Assembly: GCA_964519305.1 (NCBI GenBank)
Contig: CAZFHY010000003.1
Span: forward strand, 98,211 to 162,210
Direction: 5' to 3'
DNA length: 64,000 nucleotides
Source of the DNA: Candidatus Undinarchaeota archaeon
GTDB taxonomy: Archaea; SpSt-1190; JASMDC01
Made by a program: the position numbers and the translations under genes. The notes under the pieces are model-generated. The model saw only the letters and a list, made by a program, of their open reading frames with translations. It searched no databases and had not been told where the DNA came from. Numbering within the stretch: the stretch's first letter is position 1; the number at the start of each line of letters is the position of its first letter. Below are positions 45,456 to 56,167 of the stretch, in pieces.

Positions 45456-48400
45456 GTGAAGCGGGCCTCGAGACTTGTCGCGGTCATTGTTGTCGCGGCA
45501 CTCCTCTACATCCTCCCGGAGATCCTGCGTGAACTCTTCCTCGGAACGTATGGTTTCGTTGGTTGGCCTACGTACTACCATACACGGATCGCCCGTCTAA
45601 TCGTCAATGAGCAGGCCTTTCCTGTTTATGACGCGCAGTCCTTTGGCGGAAGGCCATGGTCCTATCCACCCGGCTTCCCTTCGCTACTTGCTGTAGTGGC
45701 CATCGTGAACGGGTGGGAGCCGAGCCTCTCGGTCATCATCGTCCCTCCGATCATCGGAGCGGTATCCATCGGCCTCGTCTATGCCATCGCCCGACGGGTC
45801 GGCGTACCACCTCTGCTGGCAGCAGTGATCTTTTCGATCAGTCCGCCCCAAGTGTACTCTGCCAGCCACTCGATGTCCCGCATCCTTCCGTTGTTCGAGG
45901 CCTATGCTGTCCTCCTACTGCTCCTCCTCTATCTGCGCTCGCGCCGGACCGCTTTCCTAGCGCTCTCGGTCCTCTGTCTAGCTACGACCTGGGGATCACA
46001 CCTGGCGGTCAGCCTCTATTCCTGTATCCTTGTCGCAGGTCTCCTCTACGAAGGAGGGATCAGTCCTTCAGAAGCCCTTCTGCTCTTCGTAGGCTCCTTC
46101 CTCCTCGTGGGTTTCTGGTATGTGAATATCTACACTACGCTCGGCATACCAGAGAAGAACGCGTTCCATCAGAACTTCGGTGACCTGACTGCCTACTTTC
46201 CTGACCTGATCTTCGAGTTGAGGCTAACGTCCTTGAGCCTTCTTGTGTATGCTGCGTCCCTCCTTGCTATCCCTATCCTGTCACGTAGCCCTGAGGGGAG
46301 AGCGGTAGCGTGGTGGATGTTCGTTACCCTCGTGTTCGTAATGGCCGTGGGGAACCGTGAGAACATCTACCTCGCGATGCCGTTCTCGCTTGCCGCGTCC
46401 ATAGTATTTCGCAAACTACCACGTCGCCTCATGGTGCCCGTTCTGGTGCTCCTGTTGTACTATGCATGGAACCAGACCGCGTTCATGGCGATCCTACCGC
46501 CGAACACACCTCTTATTGACACGATGCGCTGGGTGGGCAACAACACACCACTGGACGCAGTCGTGCTCTCTGAATGGTCGAAAGGCCACTGGATCGCGAC
46601 CATCGCCGGTCGACAGAACGTCATGGACTTCTTCGCCGAGTACGTGGACGATGCCGACGAAGTATGGTGGGACACGCGTATCATCTTCCAGGGTGATAAT
46701 GTTACCAAGACCATGGGCTTGCTGGCTAAGTACAACGTCAGTCATATCCTCATCGACTCACCGATGCGTCAGTGGGAATTGTGGGGTTGGGAGAAGTACG
46801 GCCTGCTATCTTACGTCAATGATACGGAGGAGTTCAGCCTCGTTTACAACAACACCTATGCTCAGGTATACGAGGTGCACAACACTTATCCTCCCATCGA
46901 GATCCACATCCCCAAGCTGGAGCGACAACAGAACACGTTCACAAGACTGTCCCGCGTGCTCCCCGTGCTAGCGCTCGTTGTGGCGGGTGGTGTCTGGTGG
47001 AGCGGGACCCTCTCTACGGTGGCCCTCTCGTTGTTGATGCTCCTTATCGCGCTCCCGTTCCATATCTATCCGATCGCGGCCAACGTCGCACCTCTCGGAT
47101 GGGATGCGGCGTTCCACCAACGTCTGACATCACTACTCGGGAGCCAGGCGGACCTTCCTGTATTTGATCCGCTCTCGTCAGGGGGACGGCCGGTGGGCAT
47201 CGGGATGGGGTACCATATCCTTGGTGCGCTCGTAGGGCTCCGGACCGTGAACACGATGGCCTATCTCGCGCTATTCCCGCTGTTCTACGTGTTCGCCCGC
47301 CGATACCTGCCACGACCCTATGCGGTTCTGGCAAGCGGTGTGTTCCTACTTCAGTTCGAGGTCCTGGTGAGCTCTACTGCTCTACATCCCCGCATTCTGG
47401 GCCTTGCGCTCGTACTGGCCCACATGCGTTGGCGCAACCCCCTGATGCTCTTGGCCATCTCGACCATTCATCTTCCGTCATTCCTCTTCGCCATCCAGAT
47501 ATCGCTGCTCAGTGACCTTGTGGAAAAATGGCGAGCCGTCGATCTCGTCCTCCTGATACTGACAGTTCCGGCGTTCCTGTTCCGGCTTGTCTCATTTAAT
47601 CCATTAGTGCCCCTGGTCCTGGTATTCCCGTTCATCTGGGTCCGGGAGAAGCGAAGCTTAGTAGCGCCCCTCATGGTCGCACTCCTCTGGCTCGCTTTCC
47701 TCAACGCAGGAGGGATGGTGTTCAACGATCCCACATGGGGGTGGACCGAGCCATGGAACTTCTATACGTACAAGTACAGCTACATGGGTGTCCTACTTGG
47801 ATTGATAGCGCTTCCCCTGGTGCCGTCGGAGCTCATTGCTCTGACCGCGTACTCTGTCGTGCTGACTAAGTACCAGTTCCTGACCTATGTCCCCAATACC
47901 TTCTCGCTCTTCCCTTCAGTATTCGTGGCCATGATGGCTGCTATCGGTCTACGAGCTGTCATACGCACCGTGGTCGATCCGGCTGAGCCCAAGTTCGGGA
48001 GGAAGGTGGCGGGAGCACTGCTTATCTTCATGATATACTGGTGCGCTCGGGCGAGCCTCAATCACGCGCTCAACGCCTATCCGGACGTTACACTGGAGGA
48101 TCTCGAAGCGCTGAAATGGGTGGAGGCCAACGCAACGGGTACTGTCCTGGGGTCGGTGGATATATCTGCAGTCTGGCTTCCCACCTACGCCAACCGCACA
48201 TCCTATCTGGATGCTGAGTTCTTCACGACACCGGACTTCGTTCATCGTGAGAACATCACGAAGAGCATCTTCGCCAAGGACGATCCGAATGTGGTCCGCT
48301 ATCTAGTGGATAAGGAAGGGATCGACTATATCTACCTGACCGCCGAGGACCCGCGCTTTATCAGGCGAGGTATCGAGAACATCACAAAGAAGTTCGAGCA

Positions 48401-48470
48401 GGCTAACCTAACTCTTGTCTACAAGAACGATCGCGCCCGTATATTCGCGACGGGGGTGGGTCCGGAGTGA
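45456..48470 (+). CDS. Tandem double GT-C (STT3/AglB-like) membrane glycosyltransferase
   Basis: Two repeats of the pattern GW(P/D)..(Y/F)H.R..D..S.GGRP, TM bundle, W...N....V(L)S..W, VY.N; module 1 SEWSKGHWI, module 2 SVDISAVWL. Confidence 0.72.
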   Translation: MKRASRLVAVIVVAALLYILPEILRELFLGTYGFVGWPTYYHTRIARLIVNEQAFPVYDAQSFGGRPWSYPPGFPSLLAVVAIVNGWEPSLSVIIVPPIIGAVSIGLVYAIARRVGVPPLLAAVIFSISPPQVYSASHSMSRILPLFEAYAVLLLLLLYLRSRRTAFLALSVLCLATTWGSHLAVSLYSCILVAGLLYEGGISPSEALLLFVGSFLLVGFWYVNIYTTLGIPEKNAFHQNFGDLTAYFPDLIFELRLTSLSLLVYAASLLAIPILSRSPEGRAVAWWMFVTLVFVMAVGNRENIYLAMPFSLAASIVFRKLPRRLMVPVLVLLLYYAWNQTAFMAILPPNTPLIDTMRWVGNNTPLDAVVLSEWSKGHWIATIAGRQNVMDFFAEYVDDADEVWWDTRIIFQGDNVTKTMGLLAKYNVSHILIDSPMRQWELWGWEKYGLLSYVNDTEEFSLVYNNTYAQVYEVHNTYPPIEIHIPKLERQQNTFTRLSRVLPVLALVVAGGVWWSGTLSTVALSLLMLLIALPFHIYPIAANVAPLGWDAAFHQRLTSLLGSQADLPVFDPLSSGGRPVGIGMGYHILGALVGLRTVNTMAYLALFPLFYVFARRYLPRPYAVLASGVFLLQFEVLVSSTALHPRILGLALVLAHMRWRNPLMLLAISTIHLPSFLFAIQISLLSDLVEKWRAVDLVLLILTVPAFLFRLVSFNPLVPLVLVFPFIWVREKRSLVAPLMVALLWLAFLNAGGMVFNDPTWGWTEPWNFYTYKYSYMGVLLGLIALPLVPSELIALTAYSVVLTKYQFLTYVPNTFSLFPSVFVAMMAAIGLRAVIRTVVDPAEPKFGRKVAGALLIFMIYWCARASLNHALNAYPDVTLEDLEALKWVEANATGTVLGSVDISAVWLPTYANRTSYLDAEFFTTPDFVHRENITKSIFAKDDPNVVRYLVDKEGIDYIYLTAEDPRFIRRGIENITKKFEQANLTLVYKNDRARIFATGVGPE

Positions 48471-49909
48471 GAACGGATCGTGTACGCTGGATCGTTGTGC
48501 TCGTGGCGATCTCGCTCATCCTCCGAACGATGATCGGGCTCACGCTAACGCCGTATCTCCATGGCATGGACGGGTATTTCCACCTGAGGATGGCCCACCT
48601 CGTAGTCCGCGACGGCCAGATACCGACCGTGGACGCGAACTCATGGGGAGGACGTTATTACAATTATCTCCCTGCTTTCCATGTTCTGTTGGCGACCATC
48701 AGGCTCGCCACTGGTATCCCATTCGAGACAGCGGCCCGTGCCATCGGACCCCTTATCTCAATTCTCCCCACATTATCCATCTTCTTGTTGGTCCGTCCCC
48801 ATGGTACTCGCCAGGCCTTTCTCGCCATGTTGGCGTTCGCCCTTGCGCCGTACGCTATGTTCAAGTTCACCGTGAACGCTATGGCGGATGCCCTGTCCCT
48901 CGGTCTCATCGTACATGCTGTTCTCTTGGCGTCACGAGGACTGTACCCTCTCCTCTGCCTCACGGTCTTCACCTGCGCTTTCACTCATCCCTCGGCTGCA
49001 TTCCTCCTCATCCTCACACCTTTCCTCCCCGCTCGCCGCTCATTGATACTCGTCCTGTTCCTGGCGCCAGTGTGGGTGTTCCTGGCATCATTAGCCCCTA
49101 TCGCGGGCCAAGGGATAGCTCATCAGTTCGTGCCAGACCTCCTCCTGGACCATATCTACGAGCCGGTAACGCGACTACACCTCACGATCGGTTTCAATCC
49201 CCTCATCGGTATCCTGGCGGTCGCGGGCTTGGCGTTCCATGACGGGTCGCGGAGCGAGAGGATGCTGCTCGTACTCTCAACATGTATAATCGTGGGTGTT
49301 ATGCTCGGTTATTTAGAGGCGGGTCGCGGTATAGCCTACCTAACTCCTGCCGTGGCAGTGTTCGCGGCCGCTGCTGCCGACCGGTTAGCGACCGGGGGCT
49401 GGCCTGCCGGGTTCTTACTCGCAGGTTCCCTGGTATTCAGTATCCTGGTCCTCATGTGGGCCATCCACTTCTCCTTCTGGGGTGTGATGTCGCCGGCCCA
49501 GCGTGGTGCACTCCTCTGGTTGAAGGACCAGCCTCGCGGGACCGTGGCCACCTGGCTGGGGGACGGGCAATGGATCGCCACCGTAGCCGACCAACCGAAC
49601 ATCATGGACGGTCATTTCACGGGGCGTACGGATTCCAATGAACGTCTTAACGACCTCAATGACCTCTTCAACGTCACGACGGCCAGTAAGGCAGAGGGGA
49701 TTCTCCGTAAGTATGACGTGACCTACGTCTACCTTCACAAGCTCCACTGGCACTGGATGGAGCGACAGGGTTATGAGCATGATCGGCTCGTCTATTCCAT
49801 TGATAGCTCGTCCTGCTTCGTCAAGGATTTCGACAATGGACATTCTCGGTTCTATCGTGTTGTCCGTCGCACCGATTGTTTCCCGCCGAACATCGCAGAC
49901 ATAATCTGA
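48467..49909 (+). CDS. Single GT-C (STT3/AglB-like) membrane glycosyltransferase
   Basis: GMDGYFHLR..DANSWGGRYYNYLP, TM bundle, LLWLK..VATWLGDGQWI..NIMDG..ILRKYDVTYVY. Confidence 0.72.
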   Translation: MRTDRVRWIVVLVAISLILRTMIGLTLTPYLHGMDGYFHLRMAHLVVRDGQIPTVDANSWGGRYYNYLPAFHVLLATIRLATGIPFETAARAIGPLISILPTLSIFLLVRPHGTRQAFLAMLAFALAPYAMFKFTVNAMADALSLGLIVHAVLLASRGLYPLLCLTVFTCAFTHPSAAFLLILTPFLPARRSLILVLFLAPVWVFLASLAPIAGQGIAHQFVPDLLLDHIYEPVTRLHLTIGFNPLIGILAVAGLAFHDGSRSERMLLVLSTCIIVGVMLGYLEAGRGIAYLTPAVAVFAAAAADRLATGGWPAGFLLAGSLVFSILVLMWAIHFSFWGVMSPAQRGALLWLKDQPRGTVATWLGDGQWIATVADQPNIMDGHFTGRTDSNERLNDLNDLFNVTTASKAEGILRKYDVTYVYLHKLHWHWMERQGYEHDRLVYSIDSSSCFVKDFDNGHSRFYRVVRRTDCFPPNIADII

Positions 49910-49969
49910 TGTTGAGGGCGCGGGGCGAAACACAAACCTTTTTGATTGTTCGCCCATCACCTCCAATCC

Positions 49970-50272
49970 ATGGTACTTGGCACTATGGGCGGAGGGGAAT
50001 GGCTGGTCGTACTACTGCTCGCTTTCCTCCTCTTCGGTCCCAAGAAGCTCCCTGAGCTTGCCCGCTCACTAGGGCTCGCGTCCTCCGAGTACAAGAAAGC
50101 TGTCAAAGAAGGCGAGGAGACGCTCAAGAAAGAACCCGAAGAAAAGAAGAGCGATGTCGTGAAGGCCGCAGAGGCGCTAGGCATCGATATCAAGGGTAAG
50201 TCTGAGAAGGAGCTTAAGCAAGAGATCGCGACTCAAATGAAGGGAAAAGAGGACGGGAGCGGCGACGACTGA
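49970..50272 (+). CDS. tatA: Twin-arginine translocase TatA
   Basis: GGGEWLVVLLLAFLLFGPKKLPELARSLG..EYKK. Confidence 0.93.
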   Translation: MVLGTMGGGEWLVVLLLAFLLFGPKKLPELARSLGLASSEYKKAVKEGEETLKKEPEEKKSDVVKAAEALGIDIKGKSEKELKQEIATQMKGKEDGSGDD

Positions 50273-50273
50273 A

Positions 50274-50996
50274 GTGGAAATGCCCGTGGAGGAGCACCTC
50301 GAGGAGCTCCGCCGCAGGCTCTTTATCTTCATAATCGCTCTGTTCTTTGCCCTGCTCGCGCTCTTCCCTCTAAGCGGGCCTGTGTTCAAGCGGATGCAGG
50401 AGGACCTGATCCTCACGGGGGACGGGACGGCGGTCCAGGTAATCGCCACGTCGCTCACTGAGTCGATCGTGGCACGTGTAAAGATAGCCACTTACAGCGC
50501 GCTTCTCTTCATCCTTCCGACGGTGGGCTTCTATGAGGCCTTCTCCTTCGTCAATCCCGGACTCCGCGCAAAAGAGAGACGTGTGGTGTTCGCCACGGTG
50601 ATTCCGGTGTTCATCATGTTCGCGGCAGGCGCCGTTTTCGCGTACAAGGTCCTCCTTCCCGTTATGATCTCGTTCCTTGTCGGATTCACCCTGGACATGG
50701 GGGTGCAACCCTTTCTTGCGGTGGACACGATGGTATCGTTCATCTTCGCGACCATGCTGTTGATGGGTTTCATGTTCGAGCTCCCAGTGATGTGCGCTCT
50801 GCTCGCGTGGCTGGGCGTGCTCCCCCCAGAGCTCCTGAGCTACTACAGACGACATATCTACCTGATAATCTTCTTCTTGGCGGGAGTTGTCACTCCCGAT
50901 CCGACCTTCGTCAGCCAGTTCGTGCTTGCCATCCCCATGGTTGTCCTGTTCGAGCTGGGTGTCGTGTTCGCACGCATAATGTGGAGGGGAGACTGA
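50274..50996 (+). CDS. tatC: Twin-arginine translocase TatC
   Basis: EEHLEELRRRL, FVNPGL..KE, FELP, YRRH, TPDPTFVSQ, PMVVLFE. Confidence 0.95.
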   Translation: MEMPVEEHLEELRRRLFIFIIALFFALLALFPLSGPVFKRMQEDLILTGDGTAVQVIATSLTESIVARVKIATYSALLFILPTVGFYEAFSFVNPGLRAKERRVVFATVIPVFIMFAAGAVFAYKVLLPVMISFLVGFTLDMGVQPFLAVDTMVSFIFATMLLMGFMFELPVMCALLAWLGVLPPELLSYYRRHIYLIIFFLAGVVTPDPTFVSQFVLAIPMVVLFELGVVFARIMWRGD

Positions 50997-51902
50997 ATGG
51001 AACCCATGGTGCGAATGGATGAGGTGTCCAAGAGCTTTGATGACATCGAGGCCGTGAGCGCTCTTACTTTTTCCATCAAACCCGGCGAGGTGTTCGGCCT
51101 GCTTGGACCCAACGGTGCAGGGAAGACGACGGCCATCCGCCTGCTCAACGGTATACTACTTCCCGACCATGGTGAGATAGAGGTCTTCGGAGAGTCCCTG
51201 CACGAGAATCCCACGAACAAGGCACGCATCGGCTATCTCCCCGAGGAACGTGGCCTCTACCAGAAGATGAGAGTGCTGGACGCCATGGTGTTCTTCGCCG
51301 CGCTTAACGGAGTGGCCCGACATGTTGCCCGCGAGAGGGCAAATGAACTTCTGGAGCACTTCGAAGTAGATCCTGGTCTCAAGGTTGAGGCGCTGTCCAA
51401 AGGGAACCGTGCCAAGCTCCTCATGGCCATAACGATCATCCACGATCCTGAGCTCCTCATCTTGGACGAGCCTTTCTCGGGTCTCGATCCCGTGGGCGTC
51501 AGGGTCATGCGGGACATCATACTTGAGAAAAAGCGCGCAGGTGCATCGATCGTGCTCTCTACACACCAGATGACGGATGCCGAGATGCTCTGCGACCGTA
51601 TCTGCCTCATCAACAAAGGGAAACGGGTCGTCTATGGCCCTCTCAGCGAGGTCAGGAAGGCCTTCGGGATGCGATGCATCGAGGTCGAGGGGGAGGGTGA
51701 CATGGATTCCCTGAGCGAGCTGGGGTACGAGTACGAGGTAATGGGTAATACTGCCCGCGTATACGGTGCTGAACAGCAGCCGGTGCTTGCCCATCTACTG
51801 AAGAAACAGGTGAAGCTCACATCGTTCAGCGTGTCCGAGGCGCCCCTGGAGAAGATATTCCTTGATGTGGTAGGTGATAGCAATAATGCGACCGATGATT
51901 GA
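50997..51902 (+). CDS. ABC transporter ATP-binding protein (NatA/YhaQ-like)
   Basis: GPNGAGKTT, GYLPEERGLY, LSKGN, LILDEPFSGLDP, STH. Confidence 0.95.
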   Translation: MEPMVRMDEVSKSFDDIEAVSALTFSIKPGEVFGLLGPNGAGKTTAIRLLNGILLPDHGEIEVFGESLHENPTNKARIGYLPEERGLYQKMRVLDAMVFFAALNGVARHVARERANELLEHFEVDPGLKVEALSKGNRAKLLMAITIIHDPELLILDEPFSGLDPVGVRVMRDIILEKKRAGASIVLSTHQMTDAEMLCDRICLINKGKRVVYGPLSEVRKAFGMRCIEVEGEGDMDSLSELGYEYEVMGNTARVYGAEQQPVLAHLLKKQVKLTSFSVSEAPLEKIFLDVVGDSNNATDD

Positions 51903-53046
51903 AGTAGCACGTCGGGAGTTCTTCGAGAACGTCAAACGACCGGGCTACATCATCATCACGCTCATCTATCCCCTCTTCCTGTTCTCCATGCTGCTACTCC
52001 CATCACAGCTCATGGAGCGGTTCGCCACAGAAGCCACTATCGGCGTTGTGGACGAGGTCGGCGGGCTCTTCGGTACACTTAGAAAGGCCGCATCACGGAT
52101 GGAGGTCGTACCTTTCAATACAACGAAAGATGCGGATGCAGCGCTCAATGCTCATGATATCCGAGGGTACCTGATAATCCATAACGTCTCAACGGGCACT
52201 TACGTCACTGCGTCACAGAACCCAGCAGAGCTCTTTAATGTCCGAGCTGCGTTCGAGGCTGTCGTCCTGTCGCGTCGCTTGAGGAACGAGGGGCTGGACT
52301 CCTCTGCTCAGGCAAGGGTGTTGGCCCGCGTATCCTTCAGTCATAATGTGATATCGGAGACGGGCGTCAAAGAAGGCAATATACTCACATTCCTGATAGC
52401 TTACATGATCCCCATCCTTTTCATCGTGCCCCTCTTCCTTACCGGACAGTATCTGGTCCAGAGCGTAGCTGAGGAAAAGGAGAACCGTGTAGTGGAGCTC
52501 ATCCTCTCTTCACCCCTCTCACCTTCTTCCTTGCTCCTGGGAAAGGTGCTCGGACTGTGCGTTCTGGGGCTCATCCAGATGACGATATGGTTCGGTGGTG
52601 CAGCTTATGCACTGGCCTCGACGACGGTCCAGATCACTGCTTCGACCATCGCCCTATCACTACTGTTCTTCCTGCTCGGATACCTGTTCTACGGTATGGT
52701 GCTGGCAGGGCTTGGTGCCATGGGCTCATCACTTCGCGAGTCACAGTACATCAGCATGACGGTTTCGTGGTTCGCCCTTGTCCCTTTCATCCTCTTGCCC
52801 GCGATCCAGGAGAACGTGGCTCTCGCACGTCTATTAGCTCTATTTCCCTTCTTCACTCCAATGGTCATGATCATACGGATATTCTCGCACCCACCTTCCC
52901 TCGGCGAGGTCTTCTTCTATTCACTGGTCCTGCTAATCTCAACGATCATCGCCTCGCGTGTGTTCGGTCGCATTTTCCGTGCGACCATCCTCATGTACGG
53001 GACCCGGCCGACCATTCGTCAACTGTGGCGGGCGCTCACAGTTTGA
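51886..53046 (+). CDS. ABC-2 type permease (NatB/YhaP-like)
   Basis: ARREF..VK, VAEEKENRVVELILSS, GKVLG, FPFFTP. Confidence 0.9.
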   Translation: MRPMIEVARREFFENVKRPGYIIITLIYPLFLFSMLLLPSQLMERFATEATIGVVDEVGGLFGTLRKAASRMEVVPFNTTKDADAALNAHDIRGYLIIHNVSTGTYVTASQNPAELFNVRAAFEAVVLSRRLRNEGLDSSAQARVLARVSFSHNVISETGVKEGNILTFLIAYMIPILFIVPLFLTGQYLVQSVAEEKENRVVELILSSPLSPSSLLLGKVLGLCVLGLIQMTIWFGGAAYALASTTVQITASTIALSLLFFLLGYLFYGMVLAGLGAMGSSLRESQYISMTVSWFALVPFILLPAIQENVALARLLALFPFFTPMVMIIRIFSHPPSLGEVFFYSLVLLISTIIASRVFGRIFRATILMYGTRPTIRQLWRALTV

Positions 53047-53050
53047 TGGT

Positions 53051-53800
53051 TCATGAGTACAGGATGACGACCGGGCAATGGTCGGAGCCCATTACCTCTG
53101 GTAGTATGAAGGATTCCTGAACTCTGGATAGTAGCTTCCGGGAAACACATACGTAATCTATGCGCCACCCTATGTTCCTGGCTCGAGAGTTGAACCGGTA
53201 CGACCACCATGTATAGTGCCCTGGATCCTTCGTGAAGTGTCGGAAAGTGTCCACGTACCCTGCCTCGAGGATCGCAGAGAAGTCGCGACGCTCCTCGTCC
53301 GAGAACCCCGGATTTTCATGGTTCCGGTCCGGATTTGCCAGGTCTATCTCCTCGTGGGCGACGTTCAGGTCACCGGTGATGATCACAGGTTTCAATGACT
53401 CGAGGTGCTTGACGAAGTCGAGGAAGTCGCGGTCCCATGTCATGCGGTAAGGCAGACGTTTGAGCCCGTGTTGAGCGTTCGGTGTGTACACGCACACGAG
53501 GAAGTGGTCGGAGAACTCGAGCGTGATGAGGCGCCCCTCAGTATCATGCTCCTCCTTTCCCATGCCGTAGAGCACTGCCAAGGGCTTGATACGTGTGAAC
53601 ACGGCCGTTCCGGAATAGCCTTTCTTCTCCGCGCTGTTCCAGTACTGCTCGTATCCGGGGAGCTCCATGTTGACATCCTCCGGTCGGGCTTTTGTCTCCT
53701 GGACACAGATGATGTCAGGGGCAATCTCAGAGATTGTCTCGATGAATCCCTTGCGGATGGCGGCACGGATGCCATTGACGTTCCAAGAGAGGAGCTTCAT
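53051..53800 (-). CDS. xth: Exodeoxyribonuclease III / AP endonuclease
   Basis: SWNVNGIRA, QETK, GYSG, GDLNVAH, YTWWSYR, GWRIDY, GSDHCP. Confidence 0.97.
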   Translation of the reverse strand: MKLLSWNVNGIRAAIRKGFIETISEIAPDIICVQETKARPEDVNMELPGYEQYWNSAEKKGYSGTAVFTRIKPLAVLYGMGKEEHDTEGRLITLEFSDHFLVCVYTPNAQHGLKRLPYRMTWDRDFLDFVKHLESLKPVIITGDLNVAHEEIDLANPDRNHENPGFSDEERRDFSAILEAGYVDTFRHFTKDPGHYTWWSYRFNSRARNIGWRIDYVCVSRKLLSRVQESFILPEVMGSDHCPVVILYS

Positions 53801-53855
53801 AAGTCACGGTCGCCCCAGATGTTTTAAGAGTGTTGCGTGGATGTCGCTGGAACGC

Positions 53856-54278
53856 TCATCGTGTGTACATGTGCCGGCTGTGGTCCTTACTGCGGCGCTG
53901 GAACGCGAAATGCTTGAAGTGTTTAACGAACATCCTTGCTGAGAAGATCCCCACGATGGTGCCTTTTTCGGTGACGACGACACGGCGGATATTATGTTTT
54001 GTCATCAGATCGCTCGCCGCTACCGGATCATCATCTATATCCACCTTGACGAGGGGTTTGGAGATGATGCTCCCGGCTTCGACCGTGTTTGGGTCGTCAC
54101 CCTTTGCGACCACGCGTCTGATGATGTCCCGCTCTGTGACTATCCCTTCAATATGGCTTCCCTTTTCAACGAGGACCGAACTAATGCCCTTCTTCATCAT
54201 AAGCTTGGCCACGTCGGTAATGTTCGTTGTTGCAGCGACCTTTGTAGTGGGGCGCATCACGTCCTTGAGCAGCACCAT
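53856..54278 (-). CDS. CBS-pair protein
   Basis: GIVTERDIIRRV, second CBS HNIRRVVV..IVGIFS. Confidence 0.9.
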   Translation of the reverse strand: MVLLKDVMRPTTKVAATTNITDVAKLMMKKGISSVLVEKGSHIEGIVTERDIIRRVVAKGDDPNTVEAGSIISKPLVKVDIDDDPVAASDLMTKHNIRRVVVTEKGTIVGIFSARMFVKHFKHFAFQRRSKDHSRHMYTR

Positions 54279-54325
54279 GGTTTGTACGGTGCACGCTAAA
54301 GGTTAAGAGCGTTGGGTCGGAAGCG

Positions 54326-56167
54326 CTAGCAACTCTCCTTACGAGCGATGCGTTCGTAGCCGCCATCTCCGACCGGTTCCACCAGCATCGGATCGAGCGT
54401 TACCGTACCGAGGTCGTTTGTTCCTTCTGAAACAGTGAGTACCTCACCGTGGGGGAGTACCTTCCATCCGGGCCTTCCGTCCCGGTCCATGGATGGTACG
54501 AAAAGTGCAAGATATCGTCCCGGTACGACCCCCTCGATAGTGAACTGCCCGTTCTCATCAACGATAGCGGTAAGGGACTCGCTCATCCTTGGATTGAGGG
54601 GGGATAGGATGATCTCGATGAATGTTGGTGGTTTCCCGTCGACGTAGCCGAGAGGAACGGTCCCTCTGTCGTCCACGCGTCTGGAATTGATACAGAAGAC
54701 TCGGTTGCGCATCGCGACGGTCCCCTTGACCGTGGCGTGGTCAAGGATCGTGATCTCACGGGAGAACGTTGACAGGATGTTAACTCGCTCCACGTACCGG
54801 GCCTTCCCTGCCGGATCAGCGGATTCAGCGACAAGGGTGTGGATATTGCAGGGAGCATTATCTACCTGTAGCCGATCAGAGCCCTCTGTGGGGTAGATAA
54901 ATGGACATGAGTCGATATACACGGAACCGGTGCGTACCGACGTCCCCGATGAGTCGACCATCCCGATATCCAGCGTGCACGAACCCTGGCAGACATGGGA
55001 TATCTCCTCTGGACCGGTGACACTATCGTCGATTCCCTTGATGTTATCTTCACGGAGGAATGGGCGCATGTAGAACACGAACTCGAGAGGTCTGACTTCA
55101 ACGCTCCCTTCGCCACCTACGACCTTCGCGCTCTTCATGAGGTCCCTGATGCGCATCTCCACGGGGAATGTCACATTGTACACTACAGAGAAGCGCTTGA
55201 AGCATGCTTGAGATGCAATAATGGTCGGTACGGATATCTCCTCGACAACATCGGTGCTCTCCTTTTCAGTATCCTTGTTGGCCAGGAGCGTGAACTTGAG
55301 CGCCTGACGGTCCACCTCGGCCGTCCAGGCAACAAGGTCGTCAGCGGGTTGTTTGCTACGTACCGTATCAAGTTCCAGTGCTACAGCGAGCTGTGCGTTC
55401 TGGCGGAAGGGCTCGACCATTTCTGTATGGTGGACCTTCTTGGCAACGCCACAGGACGTGAGGCCGCGCATGCCCATGTTCGGGCCCCATATGCGAGAAT
55501 CCTGTGTGATCGTCATGAGCAGGTTGTCCTCTATTTCACGTCGATCGATGTACGCCTCCACGTACGCGACAGCACGGTCACGTAATGTCTTCAATCGTAA
55601 AGGTACGTTCTTATCGAACTGGATCGCGGTCGTGACCGACACACCTTCGTCATCGAGCACGGTCAGCGGGAGCGCAAGGGTCGTGCGGATGCTCTCGTTG
55701 TACAGCTCGACAGTGGCGTTTGGTGCCCCCATTGTGATATGGTTGAGTGTCAGTGTGCGCTTGAGCTTGTCCCTTTCCACGGCGACTCGACGGGAAACCT
55801 CTTCAGCCATCATGATCTGCATGACCTCGATGGTGGGCACGTTAACTTTCTTCCCCCTGTCGAAGAGATATGGGACGCCTCGTGGATGGCCTAGAGGTGC
55901 GTTCTCCTCAGTAAAGCCCCCATGTAAGGCCATCTCTTCGGCGGACTGGTGTATGGCCCTCTCGAGGATGGACGATATCGCCTGTTCGATTTTGACCTGT
56001 TCCTCCTTGACACCTTCGGCCTGCCTGCGGTCGTCCGCAAGGTCACGGTCCTGCTGGCCCCGTGTAAGGAACATGTACAGCGTCCCGATGATGAGGACCG
56101 AGAGGGCGATCAGAGCTATCATGGAGAGCTGACCGCGATCGGCGCGGCGGATGATCGTCCCCCTCAT
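54326..56167 (-). CDS. Large secreted protein with class III (pilin-type) signal peptide and C-terminal beta-sandwich domains
   Basis: IRRADRG|QLSMIALIALSVLIIGTLYMF; C-terminal DENGQFTIEGVVPGRY; ATGA-coupled to the upstream gene. Confidence 0.7.
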   Translation of the reverse strand: MRGTIIRRADRGQLSMIALIALSVLIIGTLYMFLTRGQQDRDLADDRRQAEGVKEEQVKIEQAISSILERAIHQSAEEMALHGGFTEENAPLGHPRGVPYLFDRGKKVNVPTIEVMQIMMAEEVSRRVAVERDKLKRTLTLNHITMGAPNATVELYNESIRTTLALPLTVLDDEGVSVTTAIQFDKNVPLRLKTLRDRAVAYVEAYIDRREIEDNLLMTITQDSRIWGPNMGMRGLTSCGVAKKVHHTEMVEPFRQNAQLAVALELDTVRSKQPADDLVAWTAEVDRQALKFTLLANKDTEKESTDVVEEISVPTIIASQACFKRFSVVYNVTFPVEMRIRDLMKSAKVVGGEGSVEVRPLEFVFYMRPFLREDNIKGIDDSVTGPEEISHVCQGSCTLDIGMVDSSGTSVRTGSVYIDSCPFIYPTEGSDRLQVDNAPCNIHTLVAESADPAGKARYVERVNILSTFSREITILDHATVKGTVAMRNRVFCINSRRVDDRGTVPLGYVDGKPPTFIEIILSPLNPRMSESLTAIVDENGQFTIEGVVPGRYLALFVPSMDRDGRPGWKVLPHGEVLTVSEGTNDLGTVTLDPMLVEPVGDGGYERIARKESC

